From: Escherichia phage alia
Sequence record: NC_052655.1
Direction: 5' to 3' (one strand)
Length of the DNA stretch: 64,000 bases
Shown here: positions 53,824 to 60,883 of the stretch, piece after piece
How the letters are laid out: each line of letters opens with the position of its first letter
Numbering within the stretch: the stretch's first letter is position 1
Made by a program: the position numbers and the translations under genes
Notes under the pieces: model-generated
Told to the model about the DNA's origin: nothing
Databases searched by the model: none
What the model saw: the letters and a program-made list of their open reading frames with translations, nothing else

Positions 53824-54717
53824 ATGAAAGTTAGTATTCTACATGGTGTTGACTGTTATGTTACTGATGTAGACGTTAAAGTCTTTACATTCTCTGGTGG
53901 AGAACAACATGTTCAACTAGACACGAATCTATCAGGTTTCAATCATGCTACAGACAGAATCTTACTCTCTTTAGAAGTAAGATCTGCTAAAGACTTGATG
54001 ACTTTGGTTATGACTAAGAATGCATTGGACAATATGCTATATCATAAACCATATTGTGTTGATTTGCTCATGTTGTATGTGCCATATGCACGACAAGACA
54101 GAGTGTGTGAACCTGGGGAAGCATTCGGAGTTAAAGCATTTGCTTCTATAATTAATTCATTAAATTTCTCACGTGTTATCGTTGCTGATCCACATAGTGA
54201 TGTTACTCCAGCGGTGTTTGACAGACTCTGTGTAATACCTCAAGAAGAGATTGCTTACGAAACTTTAAAGTGGAAGTTACGTATGGAGAATTTTGCTCTT
54301 GTTAGTCCTGATGGTGGTGCTCTTAAGAAAATATTTAAATTATCTAAGAAAATGTCTTTAGATGTGTTCTGTGCAGAGAAGGTTAGAGATACTGCAACAG
54401 GTGCTATTGTTCGTACAGACATTTCTGTACAGGATTTCAATAAGCGTAACCTGATGATCGTAGATGATATCTGTGACGGCGGTAGAACTTTTATTGAATT
54501 GGCTAAAGTGCTACGTGCTCGTAACGCAGGTAAGATTGAGTTATATGTTACACACGGTATCTTTTCTAAAGGTCTTAAAGAGTTAAGTGAGCACTTTGAC
54601 TGCATTCATTCTCTTAATGTGTGGGAAGATAACATCCAAGAAGATTCCGGTGTTCTTGTTAAGAATCAGTCAGATTTGCAACAACAAATTGTATCTCCAT
54701 ACGTGTGGAATTTTTAA
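53824..54717 (+). CDS. ribose-phosphate pyrophosphokinase (PRPP synthetase)-like protein
   Basis: 297 aa; phosphoribosyl-binding loop MIVDDICDGGRT (compare Prs VDD-x-x-DTGGT); N-terminal half parallels Prs. Confidence 0.7.
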   Translation: MKVSILHGVDCYVTDVDVKVFTFSGGEQHVQLDTNLSGFNHATDRILLSLEVRSAKDLMTLVMTKNALDNMLYHKPYCVDLLMLYVPYARQDRVCEPGEAFGVKAFASIINSLNFSRVIVADPHSDVTPAVFDRLCVIPQEEIAYETLKWKLRMENFALVSPDGGALKKIFKLSKKMSLDVFCAEKVRDTATGAIVRTDISVQDFNKRNLMIVDDICDGGRTFIELAKVLRARNAGKIELYVTHGIFSKGLKELSEHFDCIHSLNVWEDNIQEDSGVLVKNQSDLQQQIVSPYVWNF

Positions 54718-54727
54718 ATAATAAGTG

Positions 54728-54762
54728 TTGACAATAGGGAGTATGCTTAGTAAGATACTCCC
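54728..54762 (+). promoter_or_regulatory. promoter overlapping a stem-loop
   Basis: TTGACA 54728-54733, 17-nt spacer, TAAGAT 54751-54756; inverted repeat GGGAGTAT...ATACTCCC (54737-54762) encloses the -10. Confidence 0.45.
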
Positions 54763-54788
54763 ACACTAACAAACAAGGAGACATAACT

Positions 54789-56522
54789 ATGAATATTTTT
54801 GCACCTTTTGCTACTGATTGGTATAAACCTGGTCACAAGCAGATGTACAACCAAAATACAAAACTTATTTTCTCTAATTTAACTCCTCGTAATGATAAAA
54901 ACTTTGCACACTATGCAGATCGTGAAGCACGTGGTGTAATTGTTTTAGGTATTCGTCGAGCAGTTACTGATGCTCTTGTAACTATGTGGGATAGCTTCTT
55001 TAAAATGTCTCGTAGTGCAGCAGTAAATAAGTTTTATCGTATGTCTAAAAATGCATTAGGTGCTTCTGCTCCTTCTGCTGAATGTTGGGGAGAATTGCAC
55101 GATTTAGGTTATCTTCCGCTGGAAGTTCGATCTCTGCCAGAAGGTGTTTTGTGTCCTATTGGTGTTCCTGTGTTTACTGTGCATAATACTTTAGAAAAAT
55201 TCTTTTGGTTAACTAACTATGTGGAAACACTATTGTCAGATGAAACTTGGAAGACAATGACTAATGCTACAGCAGCTTTTCAGTATAAGCGTATTGCTAT
55301 GGCATATGCGATGGCAACGTGTGATAATATTGATCACGTTAACTTCCAGTGTCATGATTTTAGCCTACGTGGTTTAAGTAATATCGAAGATGGTTATAAG
55401 AGTGGTATCGCTCATTTGGCATCTTTCACAGGAACAGATAACATTCTGGCTATTGAGACTGTGCATGATTATTATGGTATTGATTATGATCAGTTTGTTG
55501 CAGGTTCTATTCCGGCAACAGAACATTCAGTAGCAACGACTAACATTGGAGCTATTGTTGAAGATCTGAAGAAACATTTCCCACATCTTAAAGATGATGT
55601 TGATGGGCTTCGTTATGTAGCAGAGAAAGAGTTTCTTCGCCGCTATATCGAAGAAATTGTTCCAGAAGGTTTTTGTTCATATGTAGCAGATTCTTATGAC
55701 TACTGGGCTGTCTTGACTCGCATTCTGGTAGAATTGAAAGAATCCATTATGTCACGAAATGGTCGTCTTGTTATTCGTCCAGATTCAGGAGATCCGGTTA
55801 AAGTTGTTGCAGGATACAATGTTGAATCTTTTGATAACTATGAAGACCTTTTAAATAATGGTATTGCTACAGCCACTGAAGTAGTTCATTTGGCTGATGT
55901 TAATAAGTATTACAATGTTCTTCAGGATTGCAGTGTTGCTGATTGTATTGATGAAACTTATGAGATTCCTTATTGTGAAGCAGTAGGTTCTATTCAAATC
56001 CTTTGGGAAGTGTTTGGTGGTACTATCAACCGAAAAGGCTACAAGGTTCTTGATCAGCACATCGGTATGATTTATGGTGATTCTATTACTGTTGAACGAG
56101 AACACGAGATCTTACGCCGACTGAAGAAGAAAGGTTTTGCAGCTTCCAATATTGTATTTGGTGTTGGTAGTTATACTTATCAGTTCAATACACGAGATAC
56201 TTTTGGTTTTGCTGTTAAAGCAACAGGTAGTATCATCGGTGAACACGAAATTTTGGTAAGTAAGGAGCCTAAAACTGATCCTGGTAAACGTTCTGCAAAA
56301 GGTTTTATTAAGGTTGTTAAGGATACAAACGGTAAACTTTCTCTCGTGGATAATCTTTCTTTTAAAGATATTCAAGATGAAGACAATGAGTTAAAAGTTA
56401 TCTTCAGGGATGGTACGGTTATTACACCACAAGTAGAAGGACGTGATGAAACATTTACGGATATCCGCAACCGTGTTGATGTAGAGGTTCTTCGTACTAT
56501 GGGAACCATCCAGGTTGACTAA
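54789..56522 (+). CDS. nicotinamide phosphoribosyltransferase (NAMPT/NadV)-like protein
   Basis: 577 aa; N-terminal FATDWYKPGHKQMY parallels the NAMPT TDSYK-x-x-H motif; size and glycine-rich central segments are consistent with the type II phosphoribosyltransferase fold. Confidence 0.7.
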   Translation: MNIFAPFATDWYKPGHKQMYNQNTKLIFSNLTPRNDKNFAHYADREARGVIVLGIRRAVTDALVTMWDSFFKMSRSAAVNKFYRMSKNALGASAPSAECWGELHDLGYLPLEVRSLPEGVLCPIGVPVFTVHNTLEKFFWLTNYVETLLSDETWKTMTNATAAFQYKRIAMAYAMATCDNIDHVNFQCHDFSLRGLSNIEDGYKSGIAHLASFTGTDNILAIETVHDYYGIDYDQFVAGSIPATEHSVATTNIGAIVEDLKKHFPHLKDDVDGLRYVAEKEFLRRYIEEIVPEGFCSYVADSYDYWAVLTRILVELKESIMSRNGRLVIRPDSGDPVKVVAGYNVESFDNYEDLLNNGIATATEVVHLADVNKYYNVLQDCSVADCIDETYEIPYCEAVGSIQILWEVFGGTINRKGYKVLDQHIGMIYGDSITVEREHEILRRLKKKGFAASNIVFGVGSYTYQFNTRDTFGFAVKATGSIIGEHEILVSKEPKTDPGKRSAKGFIKVVKDTNGKLSLVDNLSFKDIQDEDNELKVIFRDGTVITPQVEGRDETFTDIRNRVDVEVLRTMGTIQVD

Positions 56523-56593
56523 ATAAAAACTTCGTGATAAGATTAAGGTAAGGAGAGCCTGCAACTGCCCTGGATGGGCTTCACGAAGGATTT

Positions 56594-56815
56594 ATGAAAC
56601 AACATAATTTTTATTTTCGTTGCCGAGCCTGTAACAGACACTTGACTAATCATTCCCGTAGAGACAGGAATGGTAATATTCAAGAGTCGGATCTATGCTC
56701 GATTTGTACAAGTTTGGCATTCGACGACAGTCCCGAAAGGGTTTATCAACATCAAAGTGTAACTGATCTTCTTCTAAATTACACAGCACCAGAGGAGGAA
56801 TTAGATTTCACATAA
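56594..56815 (+). CDS. small zinc-finger-like protein (73 aa)
   Basis: ORF track; CRACNRH...CSICTS Cys pairs. Confidence 0.45.
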   Translation: MKQHNFYFRCRACNRHLTNHSRRDRNGNIQESDLCSICTSLAFDDSPERVYQHQSVTDLLLNYTAPEEELDFT

Positions 56816-56828
56816 TTAAGGAAACAGT

Positions 56829-56936
56829 ATGTCTACAGAAATTATTTTTGGCTTATCTGTTTTTATTGCTATTGTATCTTTTGTATGCGGTTATACACTA
56901 GGTTACAGATCAAGAAAAAATATTGTAAAAAACTAG
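56829..56936 (+). CDS. small membrane peptide (35 aa)
   Basis: Not in ORF track. AAGGAAACAGT precedes ATG; translation MSTEIIFGLSVFIAIVSFVCGYTLGYRSRKNIVKN. Confidence 0.3.
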   Translation: MSTEIIFGLSVFIAIVSFVCGYTLGYRSRKNIVKN

Positions 56937-56966
56937 TTGACAACATAGCTAGTTATTTGCTAAGAT
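56937..56966 (+). promoter_or_regulatory. sigma70-like promoter (TTGACA, 18 nt spacer, TAAGAT)
   Basis: TTGACA 56937-56942; TAAGAT -10; AAAGGAG RBS then ATG 56997. Confidence 0.45.
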
Positions 56967-56996
56967 AAGCACAAGTTAAACAAAAAGGAGAAAACT

Positions 56997-57263
56997 ATGA
57001 CAGAAAAGACTTATGGTAAAGAATTGATTGAGAAGCACGTATTGATTGATAATAAAGGTGGAGCAATCTTTATTTTTGAACCTGAATCAGTTCTTACTGA
57101 AAACGAAAATGGTAGCGTTAGCCTTAAAACAGAAAGTTTGGTAATTGACTTCCTTGCTCTTCTGGATGAAATGGGGCTTCCTCACGAAGAAGAAGCAGCT
57201 ATTGCTTTGATTGCAGTTCTTCTGGAGAAACGCGAAGCTGGTGAAATGACCCAGTATGCTTAA
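56997..57263 (+). CDS. hypothetical acidic protein (88 aa)
   Basis: ORF track; AAGGAG RBS. Confidence 0.55.
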   Translation: MTEKTYGKELIEKHVLIDNKGGAIFIFEPESVLTENENGSVSLKTESLVIDFLALLDEMGLPHEEEAAIALIAVLLEKREAGEMTQYA

Positions 57264-57271
57264 TATTCAAG

Positions 57272-57347
57272 GTTCCATAGCTCACTGACGAGAGCGCACA
57301 CCTCATAAGTGTCGAGGGCAGGGATTGTAACCCTGGGGAACCACCAT
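57272..57347 (+). tRNA. tRNA-Met/Ile2 (anticodon CAT)
   Basis: Hand-folded cloverleaf: acceptor GGTTCCA/GGGAACC (one mismatch), anticodon loop CTCATAA, 3' CCA encoded. Confidence 0.55.
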
Positions 57348-57377
57348 TTAAAAGGAGGTGCTATGCATCTCCTATAT

Positions 57378-57463
57378 GCAAGTGTGGTGGAATTGGTGAT
57401 ACACATTGTGCTTAAAACGCAACGCTTAAATGCTTGAGGGTTCGAATCCCTCCACTTGCACCA
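57378..57463 (+). tRNA. tRNA-Leu (anticodon TAA)
   Basis: Acceptor GCAAGTG/CACTTGC, anticodon stem TTGTG/CGCAA with loop CTTAAAA, long variable arm, T-loop GGTTCGAATCC, CCA encoded. Confidence 0.7.
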
Positions 57464-57478
57464 ACACCTAAAAATATC

Positions 57479-57507
57479 TTGACATTTACTTAGTTTTTTG
57501 TTATAGT
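57479..57507 (+). promoter_or_regulatory. sigma70-like promoter inside the tRNA cluster
   Basis: TTGACA 57479-57484, 17-nt spacer, TATAGT. Confidence 0.5.
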
Positions 57508-57518
57508 CGTTATGAAAA

Positions 57519-57600
57519 CGGGGTGTATCTCACCTGACTTCTAATCAGGCGTTAACCGAGTAATTGGAGTATGCAGGTTCGAATCCTGTCACCCCGGCCA
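57519..57600 (+). tRNA. atypical tRNA-like gene (possible anticodon TCT)
   Basis: Perfect acceptor CGGGGTG/CACCCCG and T-arm GCAGG-TTCGAAT-CCTGT with CCA, but only one internal hairpin (CCTGA-CTTCTAA-TCAGG) and no recognisable D-arm; isotype uncertain. Confidence 0.4.
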
Positions 57601-57618
57601 AAAAGTTTTAAAAACTAC

Positions 57619-57647
57619 TTGACAAGCAAGATAGTTTTATGTTAGAT
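57619..57647 (+). promoter_or_regulatory. sigma70-like promoter inside the tRNA cluster
   Basis: TTGACA 57619-57624, 17-nt spacer, TTAGAT. Confidence 0.45.
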
Positions 57648-57663
57648 TTAAAGTATGATAACG

Positions 57664-57753
57664 GGAAGGTAGGGCGCAGCGGTGCGCAACCAGGTTTGAA
57701 CCCTGGCCCATTGTAGCGATACGGTGATGGTTCGACTCCATTATCTTCCTCCA
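57664..57753 (+). tRNA. tRNA-Ser (anticodon TGA)
   Basis: Acceptor GGAAGGT/ATCTTCC (G-U at pair 6), anticodon stem CCAGG/CCTGG with loop TTTGAAC, long variable arm, T-loop GGTTCGACTCC, CCA encoded. Confidence 0.65.
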
Positions 57754-57798
57754 AATTCAATTAGTAACAGATTCAGGTTGTTTTGAATAATTAAAAAT

Positions 57799-57884
57799 GG
57801 TAGATTGGTGAAATGGTAGCCACAACAGTTTGCTAAACTGTCGTCGGAAACGGCGTGTAGGTTCAAGTCCTACATCTACCGCCA
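57799..57884 (+). tRNA. tRNA-Ser (anticodon GCT)
   Basis: Acceptor GGTAGAT/ATCTACC, anticodon stem ACAGT/ACTGT with loop TTGCTAA, long variable arm, T-loop GGTTCAAGTCC, CCA encoded. Confidence 0.7.
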
Positions 57885-58054
57885 AGTTATCTTTAATGTA
57901 GCTTGTTGCTCTTAGTTGCTTGGTGTAACTTTTTGGAAGAATGGCTGCAACCATCTTACTTTAATAGAGTAAACTTTCGGCAGATGGCCCCCACCATCTT
58001 ACCGATACCTCATAGTCAGTGGTGCGAACACTGGCTATTTTAAAGATAATTTAT

Positions 58055-58129
58055 ACATCGTTAGCCAAGCGGTAAGGCACTTGACTTTTAATCAAGGGAG
58101 CGAAGGTTCGAATCCTTCACGATGTACCA
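58055..58129 (+). tRNA. tRNA-Lys (anticodon TTT)
   Basis: Acceptor ACATCGT/ACGATGT, anticodon stem CTTGA/TCAAG with loop CTTTTAA, T-loop GGTTCGAATCC, CCA encoded. Confidence 0.65.
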
Positions 58130-58134
58130 AACAC

Positions 58135-58221
58135 GTAGGTATCGCATAGCGGCAATTGCTGGAGACTGTAAATCTCCTGCCCTTCGGGGCTTCGTTGGTT
58201 CGAGTCCAACTACCTGCACCA
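58135..58221 (+). tRNA. tRNA-Tyr (anticodon GTA)
   Basis: Acceptor GTAGGTA/TACCTGC (one G-U), anticodon stem GGAGA/TCTCC with loop CTGTAAA, long variable arm, T-loop GGTTCGAGTCC, CCA encoded. Confidence 0.65.
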
Positions 58222-58228
58222 AATTAAA

Positions 58229-58313
58229 GATGGATTGGCCTAGTGGTTGGGCGACGGACTGTTAATCCGTGAACGAAAGTTCTAGCAAGGTTCAAATCCT
58301 TGATCCATCGCCA
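58229..58313 (+). tRNA. tRNA-Asn (anticodon GTT) with unusually long variable region
   Basis: Acceptor GATGGAT/ATCCATC, anticodon stem ACGGA/TCCGT with loop CTGTTAA, extra hairpin GAAC-GAAA-GTTC in the variable region, T-loop GGTTCAAATCC, CCA encoded. Confidence 0.55.
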
Positions 58314-58392
58314 AATAGTGCTTGTAGAGTTAATAGAAACCTCTAGAATTTTCTAGAATTGTAGGTATCAAACCCTACCAAGCAAATATTTT

Positions 58393-58467
58393 GCTCCTAT
58401 CGTATAACGGCTATTACGGTTGCCTTGTAAGCAACTTATCAGGGTTCGAGTCCTTGTGGGAGCACCA
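58393..58467 (+). tRNA. tRNA-Thr (anticodon TGT)
   Basis: Acceptor GCTCCTA/TGGGAGC (one G-U), anticodon stem GTTGC/GCAAC with loop CTTGTAA, T-loop GGTTCGAGTCC, CCA encoded. Confidence 0.7.
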
Positions 58468-58489
58468 ATTTAACTCTAAAGGAGTGTAT

Positions 58490-58813
58490 GTGACAGAAAA
58501 AGAGTTAGAGAAATATTTTAATATCAATGTTTTCGATGGTTTTGATGCTATTGAAGATGTTGAAAGATATTATGAAGTAGAGTTAGATAAGGATAACATT
58601 GTAATTCTTTCTGCCACTTATGATTGTGCATATTATGAAGGCGAATCTCACGTTTATTTCTATGATATGAAAACATCTTTGTTTTATGAAGTACACGCAT
58701 ATCATTGTTCTTGTTATGGCTTAGAAGGTCAGTGGGAACCTGAAGAAATAGGTGATTTGAGCTTTACGGTTGCATATCTAAACAGACGTGGCGCATCTAC
58801 TATTTTAAAATAA
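58490..58813 (+). CDS. hypothetical Cys-rich protein embedded in the tRNA cluster (107 aa, GTG start)
   Basis: ORF track 58391..58813 overlaps tRNA-Thr; start moved to GTG 58490, 5 nt after AAGGAG. C-terminal YHCSCYG cysteines. Confidence 0.5.
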   Translation: MTEKELEKYFNINVFDGFDAIEDVERYYEVELDKDNIVILSATYDCAYYEGESHVYFYDMKTSLFYEVHAYHCSCYGLEGQWEPEEIGDLSFTVAYLNRRGASTILK

Positions 58814-58827
58814 ATATTAAAAGCCTC

Positions 58828-58856
58828 TTGACAAAGGGGCTAATAATATGTTAGAG
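58828..58856 (+). promoter_or_regulatory. sigma70-like promoter inside the tRNA cluster
   Basis: TTGACA 58828-58833, 17-nt spacer, TTAGAG (TAATAT alternative). Confidence 0.45.
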
Positions 58857-58868
58857 TAATATTGTTAA

Positions 58869-58943
58869 GCGGGTATAGTGTTAATGGTAGCATATGAGGT
58901 TTCCACCCTCCAGGTGCAGGTTCAAGTCCTGTTACTCGCTCCA
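58869..58943 (+). tRNA. tRNA-Gly (anticodon TCC)
   Basis: Acceptor GCGGGTA/TACTCGC (one G-U), anticodon loop TTTCCAC, T-loop GGTTCAAGTCC, CCA encoded. Confidence 0.6.
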
Positions 58944-59042
58944 AGATTATTTAAATGGAATCGCTAGAGAAAATTTCTCTTTTCGCTCATGGTTTTCTCC
59001 TTCAAACTCTAGCGGTTCTTTTTAAGTGATTTTTAGTTTTAT

Positions 59043-59117
59043 TGGAGATTAGCCTAGTGGGAAGGCAACGGCCTTTGAAGTCGTGATGACTAGGTTCGAT
59101 TCCTAGATCTCCAGCCA
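59043..59117 (+). tRNA. tRNA-Gln (anticodon TTG)
   Basis: Acceptor TGGAGAT/ATCTCCA, anticodon stem ACGGC/GTCGT with loop CTTTGAA, T-loop GGTTCGATTCC, CCA encoded. Confidence 0.65.
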
Positions 59118-59124
59118 ATATTTA

Positions 59125-59200
59125 CAGTGCGTAGCGCAGTTGGTAGCGTGGGAGCTTTGGATGCTTCGGGTCGCAGGTTCGAGTCCTGCCGCACTGACCA
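59125..59200 (+). tRNA. tRNA-Pro (anticodon TGG)
   Basis: Acceptor CAGTGCG/CGCACTG, anticodon stem GGAGC/GCTTC with loop TTTGGAT, T-loop GGTTCGAGTCC, CCA encoded. Confidence 0.7.
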
Positions 59201-59205
59201 AATTT

Positions 59206-59280
59206 GCAGAGATAGCTGAGACGGATTAGTGCTACCCTGAAAAGGTAGAAAGGATGGATCGTTACCATCTCTCTGCACCA
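59206..59280 (+). tRNA. tRNA-Phe (anticodon GAA) with non-canonical T-loop
   Basis: Acceptor GCAGAGA/TCTCTGC, anticodon stem CTACC/GGTAG with loop CTGAAAA, T-arm GATGG-ATCGTTA-CCATC (not the usual TTCGAAT), CCA encoded. Confidence 0.55.
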
Positions 59281-59357
59281 AATAACACCATCCAAGGAGT
59301 AGACTTGGTTAACTGTCAATAGCACATTGAGGCTTCTTACAGTGGTGTACTTATTAT

Positions 59358-59442
59358 GGCTAAGTGGTGGAATGGTATACACGATACGCTTAGAACGTAT
59401 TGCCCCAAGGGATTGTGAGTTCGAGTCTCACCTTAGCTACCA
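59358..59442 (+). tRNA. tRNA-Leu (anticodon TAG)
   Basis: Acceptor GGCTAAG/CTTAGCT (G1-U72), anticodon stem ATACG/CGTAT with loop CTTAGAA, long variable arm, T-loop GAGTTCGAGTCTC, CCA encoded. Confidence 0.65.
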
Positions 59443-59457
59443 AATTATTACAGGTTT

Positions 59458-59536
59458 CGCGGGATAGAGGAGTCTGGTCGTCCTCGCCAGTTTCATATGC
59501 TGGAGATCATCGGTTCGAATCCGATTTCCGCCTCCA
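59458..59536 (+). tRNA. tRNA-Met/Ile (anticodon CAT), C1/C72 mismatch
   Basis: Anticodon stem CCAGT/GCTGG with loop TTCATAT, T-arm ATCGG-TTCGAAT-CCGAT, CCA encoded; first acceptor pair is C-C, and D-loop is long. Confidence 0.5.
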
Positions 59537-59613
59537 ATAAATACCTCCATTCTGGTGTAATGATTAAATTACATTGACACTTCAAGGAACTCATAGCCGG
59601 GTAGATTTAAAAG

Positions 59614-59680
59614 AGTATGGTACTCAATATGGCTCCAAACCATAGATCAGGGGGTTCGATTCCTCACCTTGCTGCCAATT
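59614..59680 (+). tRNA. degenerate or D-arm-less tRNA-like element (possible anticodon CCA, Trp)
   Basis: Canonical T-loop GGTTCGATTCC and 3' GCCA, internal hairpin TATGG-CTCCAAA-CCATA, but acceptor pairing is imperfect and no D-arm fits; only about 64 nt before CCA. Confidence 0.3.
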
Positions 59681-59682
59681 AT

Positions 59683-59758
59683 TGTGGTATCGTACAGATG
59701 GTTAGTACACTCGACCGATAATCGAGAAACAACGGTTCGACTCCGTTTACCACGACCA
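59683..59758 (+). tRNA. tRNA-Ile (anticodon GAT)
   Basis: Acceptor TGTGGTA/TACCACG (T1-G72), anticodon stem CTCGA/TCGAG with loop CCGATAA, T-loop GGTTCGACTCC, CCA encoded. Confidence 0.6.
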
Positions 59759-59869
59759 AACTCCGTGCCAGCGGTGTCTTCGAAGAACAAGCCTAGTTCC
59801 TTCTGAGATGGAGGGGTGCGACTCCTTAACGCACAACATACTACTACTAAATACTTATCAGGAGATATC

Positions 59870-60139
59870 ATGTATACTTTAAAAGTAATTCGCAAGTTTC
59901 CTCAAGAAGAGGAAGTAAGAATTTATAACACTGTACCATTCGTAGTAAATGAAGAAGAATTCTTTTATTGCTTAGAAGATGAAGTAATTATTCAATATCA
60001 TTGGGAAGGTTACGACAGACAAGATGGTGTTGTAGCTTCTGTGCTTGCTGGTGACAGAGTGTTATTCATTCACAAAACTGAATCAGCATATTTAATGAAT
60101 GATAAAGGACAAACTGTTAAAGTAATTAACAGACCATAA
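59870..60139 (+). CDS. hypothetical protein (89 aa)
   Basis: ORF track 59816..60139; start moved to ATG 59870 (CAGGAG upstream) to clear the tRNA region. Confidence 0.5.
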   Translation: MYTLKVIRKFPQEEEVRIYNTVPFVVNEEEFFYCLEDEVIIQYHWEGYDRQDGVVASVLAGDRVLFIHKTESAYLMNDKGQTVKVINRP

Positions 60140-60149
60140 AGAATTTTAT

Positions 60150-60176
60150 AAAAGCCTCCTTTTTGGAGGTTTTTTA
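60150..60176 (+). terminator. rho-independent terminator
   Basis: AAAGCCTCC-TTTTT-GGAGGTTTTTT. Confidence 0.6.
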
Positions 60177-60245
60177 TTATCTATAAAATAAAGATCTTTA
60201 CAAAACGTATAAAATATGTTATCCTTAAGTAAGGAGGTGCATATT

Positions 60246-60536
60246 ATGCCTAAATTGAAAAGAGGTCGAGGTAGACCTACAGCCGAAATGCAACAGATTT
60301 ATGCTATGGATGCTGCACAGGCGCAAGTAAAAGAAATTTTTGCTGGTCGTTATTTAGATGCTATGCGTTACATTGCAGATCTTGTTGTAGATGAAAAGGC
60401 TTCTGCTAATATTAAGTTGACTGCTTCTAAGATCATCAAAGAACAAGTAGAAGAATGGCTGGAAGAACATTATGAATCTATGGAAGAAGAAGATATTCTT
60501 CCAGAAAATTCTCCCCCTCAAAAAATCGTTATCTAA
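60246..60536 (+). CDS. hypothetical protein with AT-hook-like basic N-terminus (96 aa)
   Basis: ORF track 60216..60536; start moved to ATG 60246 (AAGGAGG 8 nt upstream). N-terminal PKLKRGRGRPT resembles an AT-hook. Confidence 0.5.
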   Translation: MPKLKRGRGRPTAEMQQIYAMDAAQAQVKEIFAGRYLDAMRYIADLVVDEKASANIKLTASKIIKEQVEEWLEEHYESMEEEDILPENSPPQKIVI

Positions 60537-60584
60537 TTCTCCTCTCTTGGGAACTTTGTTCCCCCTCTCCTTGTTAATTAACAC

Positions 60585-60612
60585 CCCTTTCCGAAAGGTT
60601 AGGGGGTTTTTT
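60585..60612 (+). terminator. rho-independent terminator candidate
   Basis: CCTTT-CCG-AAAGG hairpin then TTAGGGGGTTTTTTATTTT. Confidence 0.45.
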
Positions 60613-60674
60613 ATTTTATACCTATTGCTTTTATATATGTTTTTATGATATGATTAATACAGGAGGACTATAAA

Positions 60675-60848
60675 ATGAGAAACTATGTAGCTAAACACGA
60701 TTTTAATAGGGCTTCTTATCACAGAGATAAGAAGAACAGTTATTCGCGTAAATGGGATCTGGAGGAAGAGTTAGATTATGATTACAGAAGAACAATGGAA
60801 GGAGATTTTGGAGAATGCACAACCGATGGTAGTGAAGAAGATAGTTAA
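60675..60848 (+). CDS. hypothetical protein (57 aa)
   Basis: Not in ORF track. AGGAGGA 8 nt upstream of ATG 60675; translation MRNYVAKHDFNRASYHRDKKNSYSRKWDLEEELDYDYRRTMEGDFGECTTDGSEEDS. Confidence 0.4.
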   Translation: MRNYVAKHDFNRASYHRDKKNSYSRKWDLEEELDYDYRRTMEGDFGECTTDGSEEDS

Positions 60849-60883
60849 TAATTCACCAAATCTGCCTAAAGTAAAATTTAAAG

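Noticed and set aside
54255-56375. Minus-strand track ORFs inside the PRPP-synthetase-like and NAMPT-like genes (54255..54605, 55851..56105, 56112..56375)
   Set aside because: Antisense to motif-supported plus-strand genes; no expression signals.
57885-58054. Possible additional tRNA in the 170-nt gap between tRNA-Ser(GCT) and tRNA-Lys
   Set aside because: Hairpins are present (for example GATGG-CCCCCAC-CCATC), but no acceptor/T-arm combination with a canonical T-loop could be built by eye; needs tRNAscan/covariance analysis.
57757-59895. Track ORFs overlapping the tRNA cluster (57757..57954-, 59090..59281-, 59122..59382-, 59647..59895-, and the 5' part of 58391..58813+)
   Set aside because: They run through hand-folded tRNA genes; the one plausible protein gene here was trimmed to its RBS-supported GTG start at 58490.
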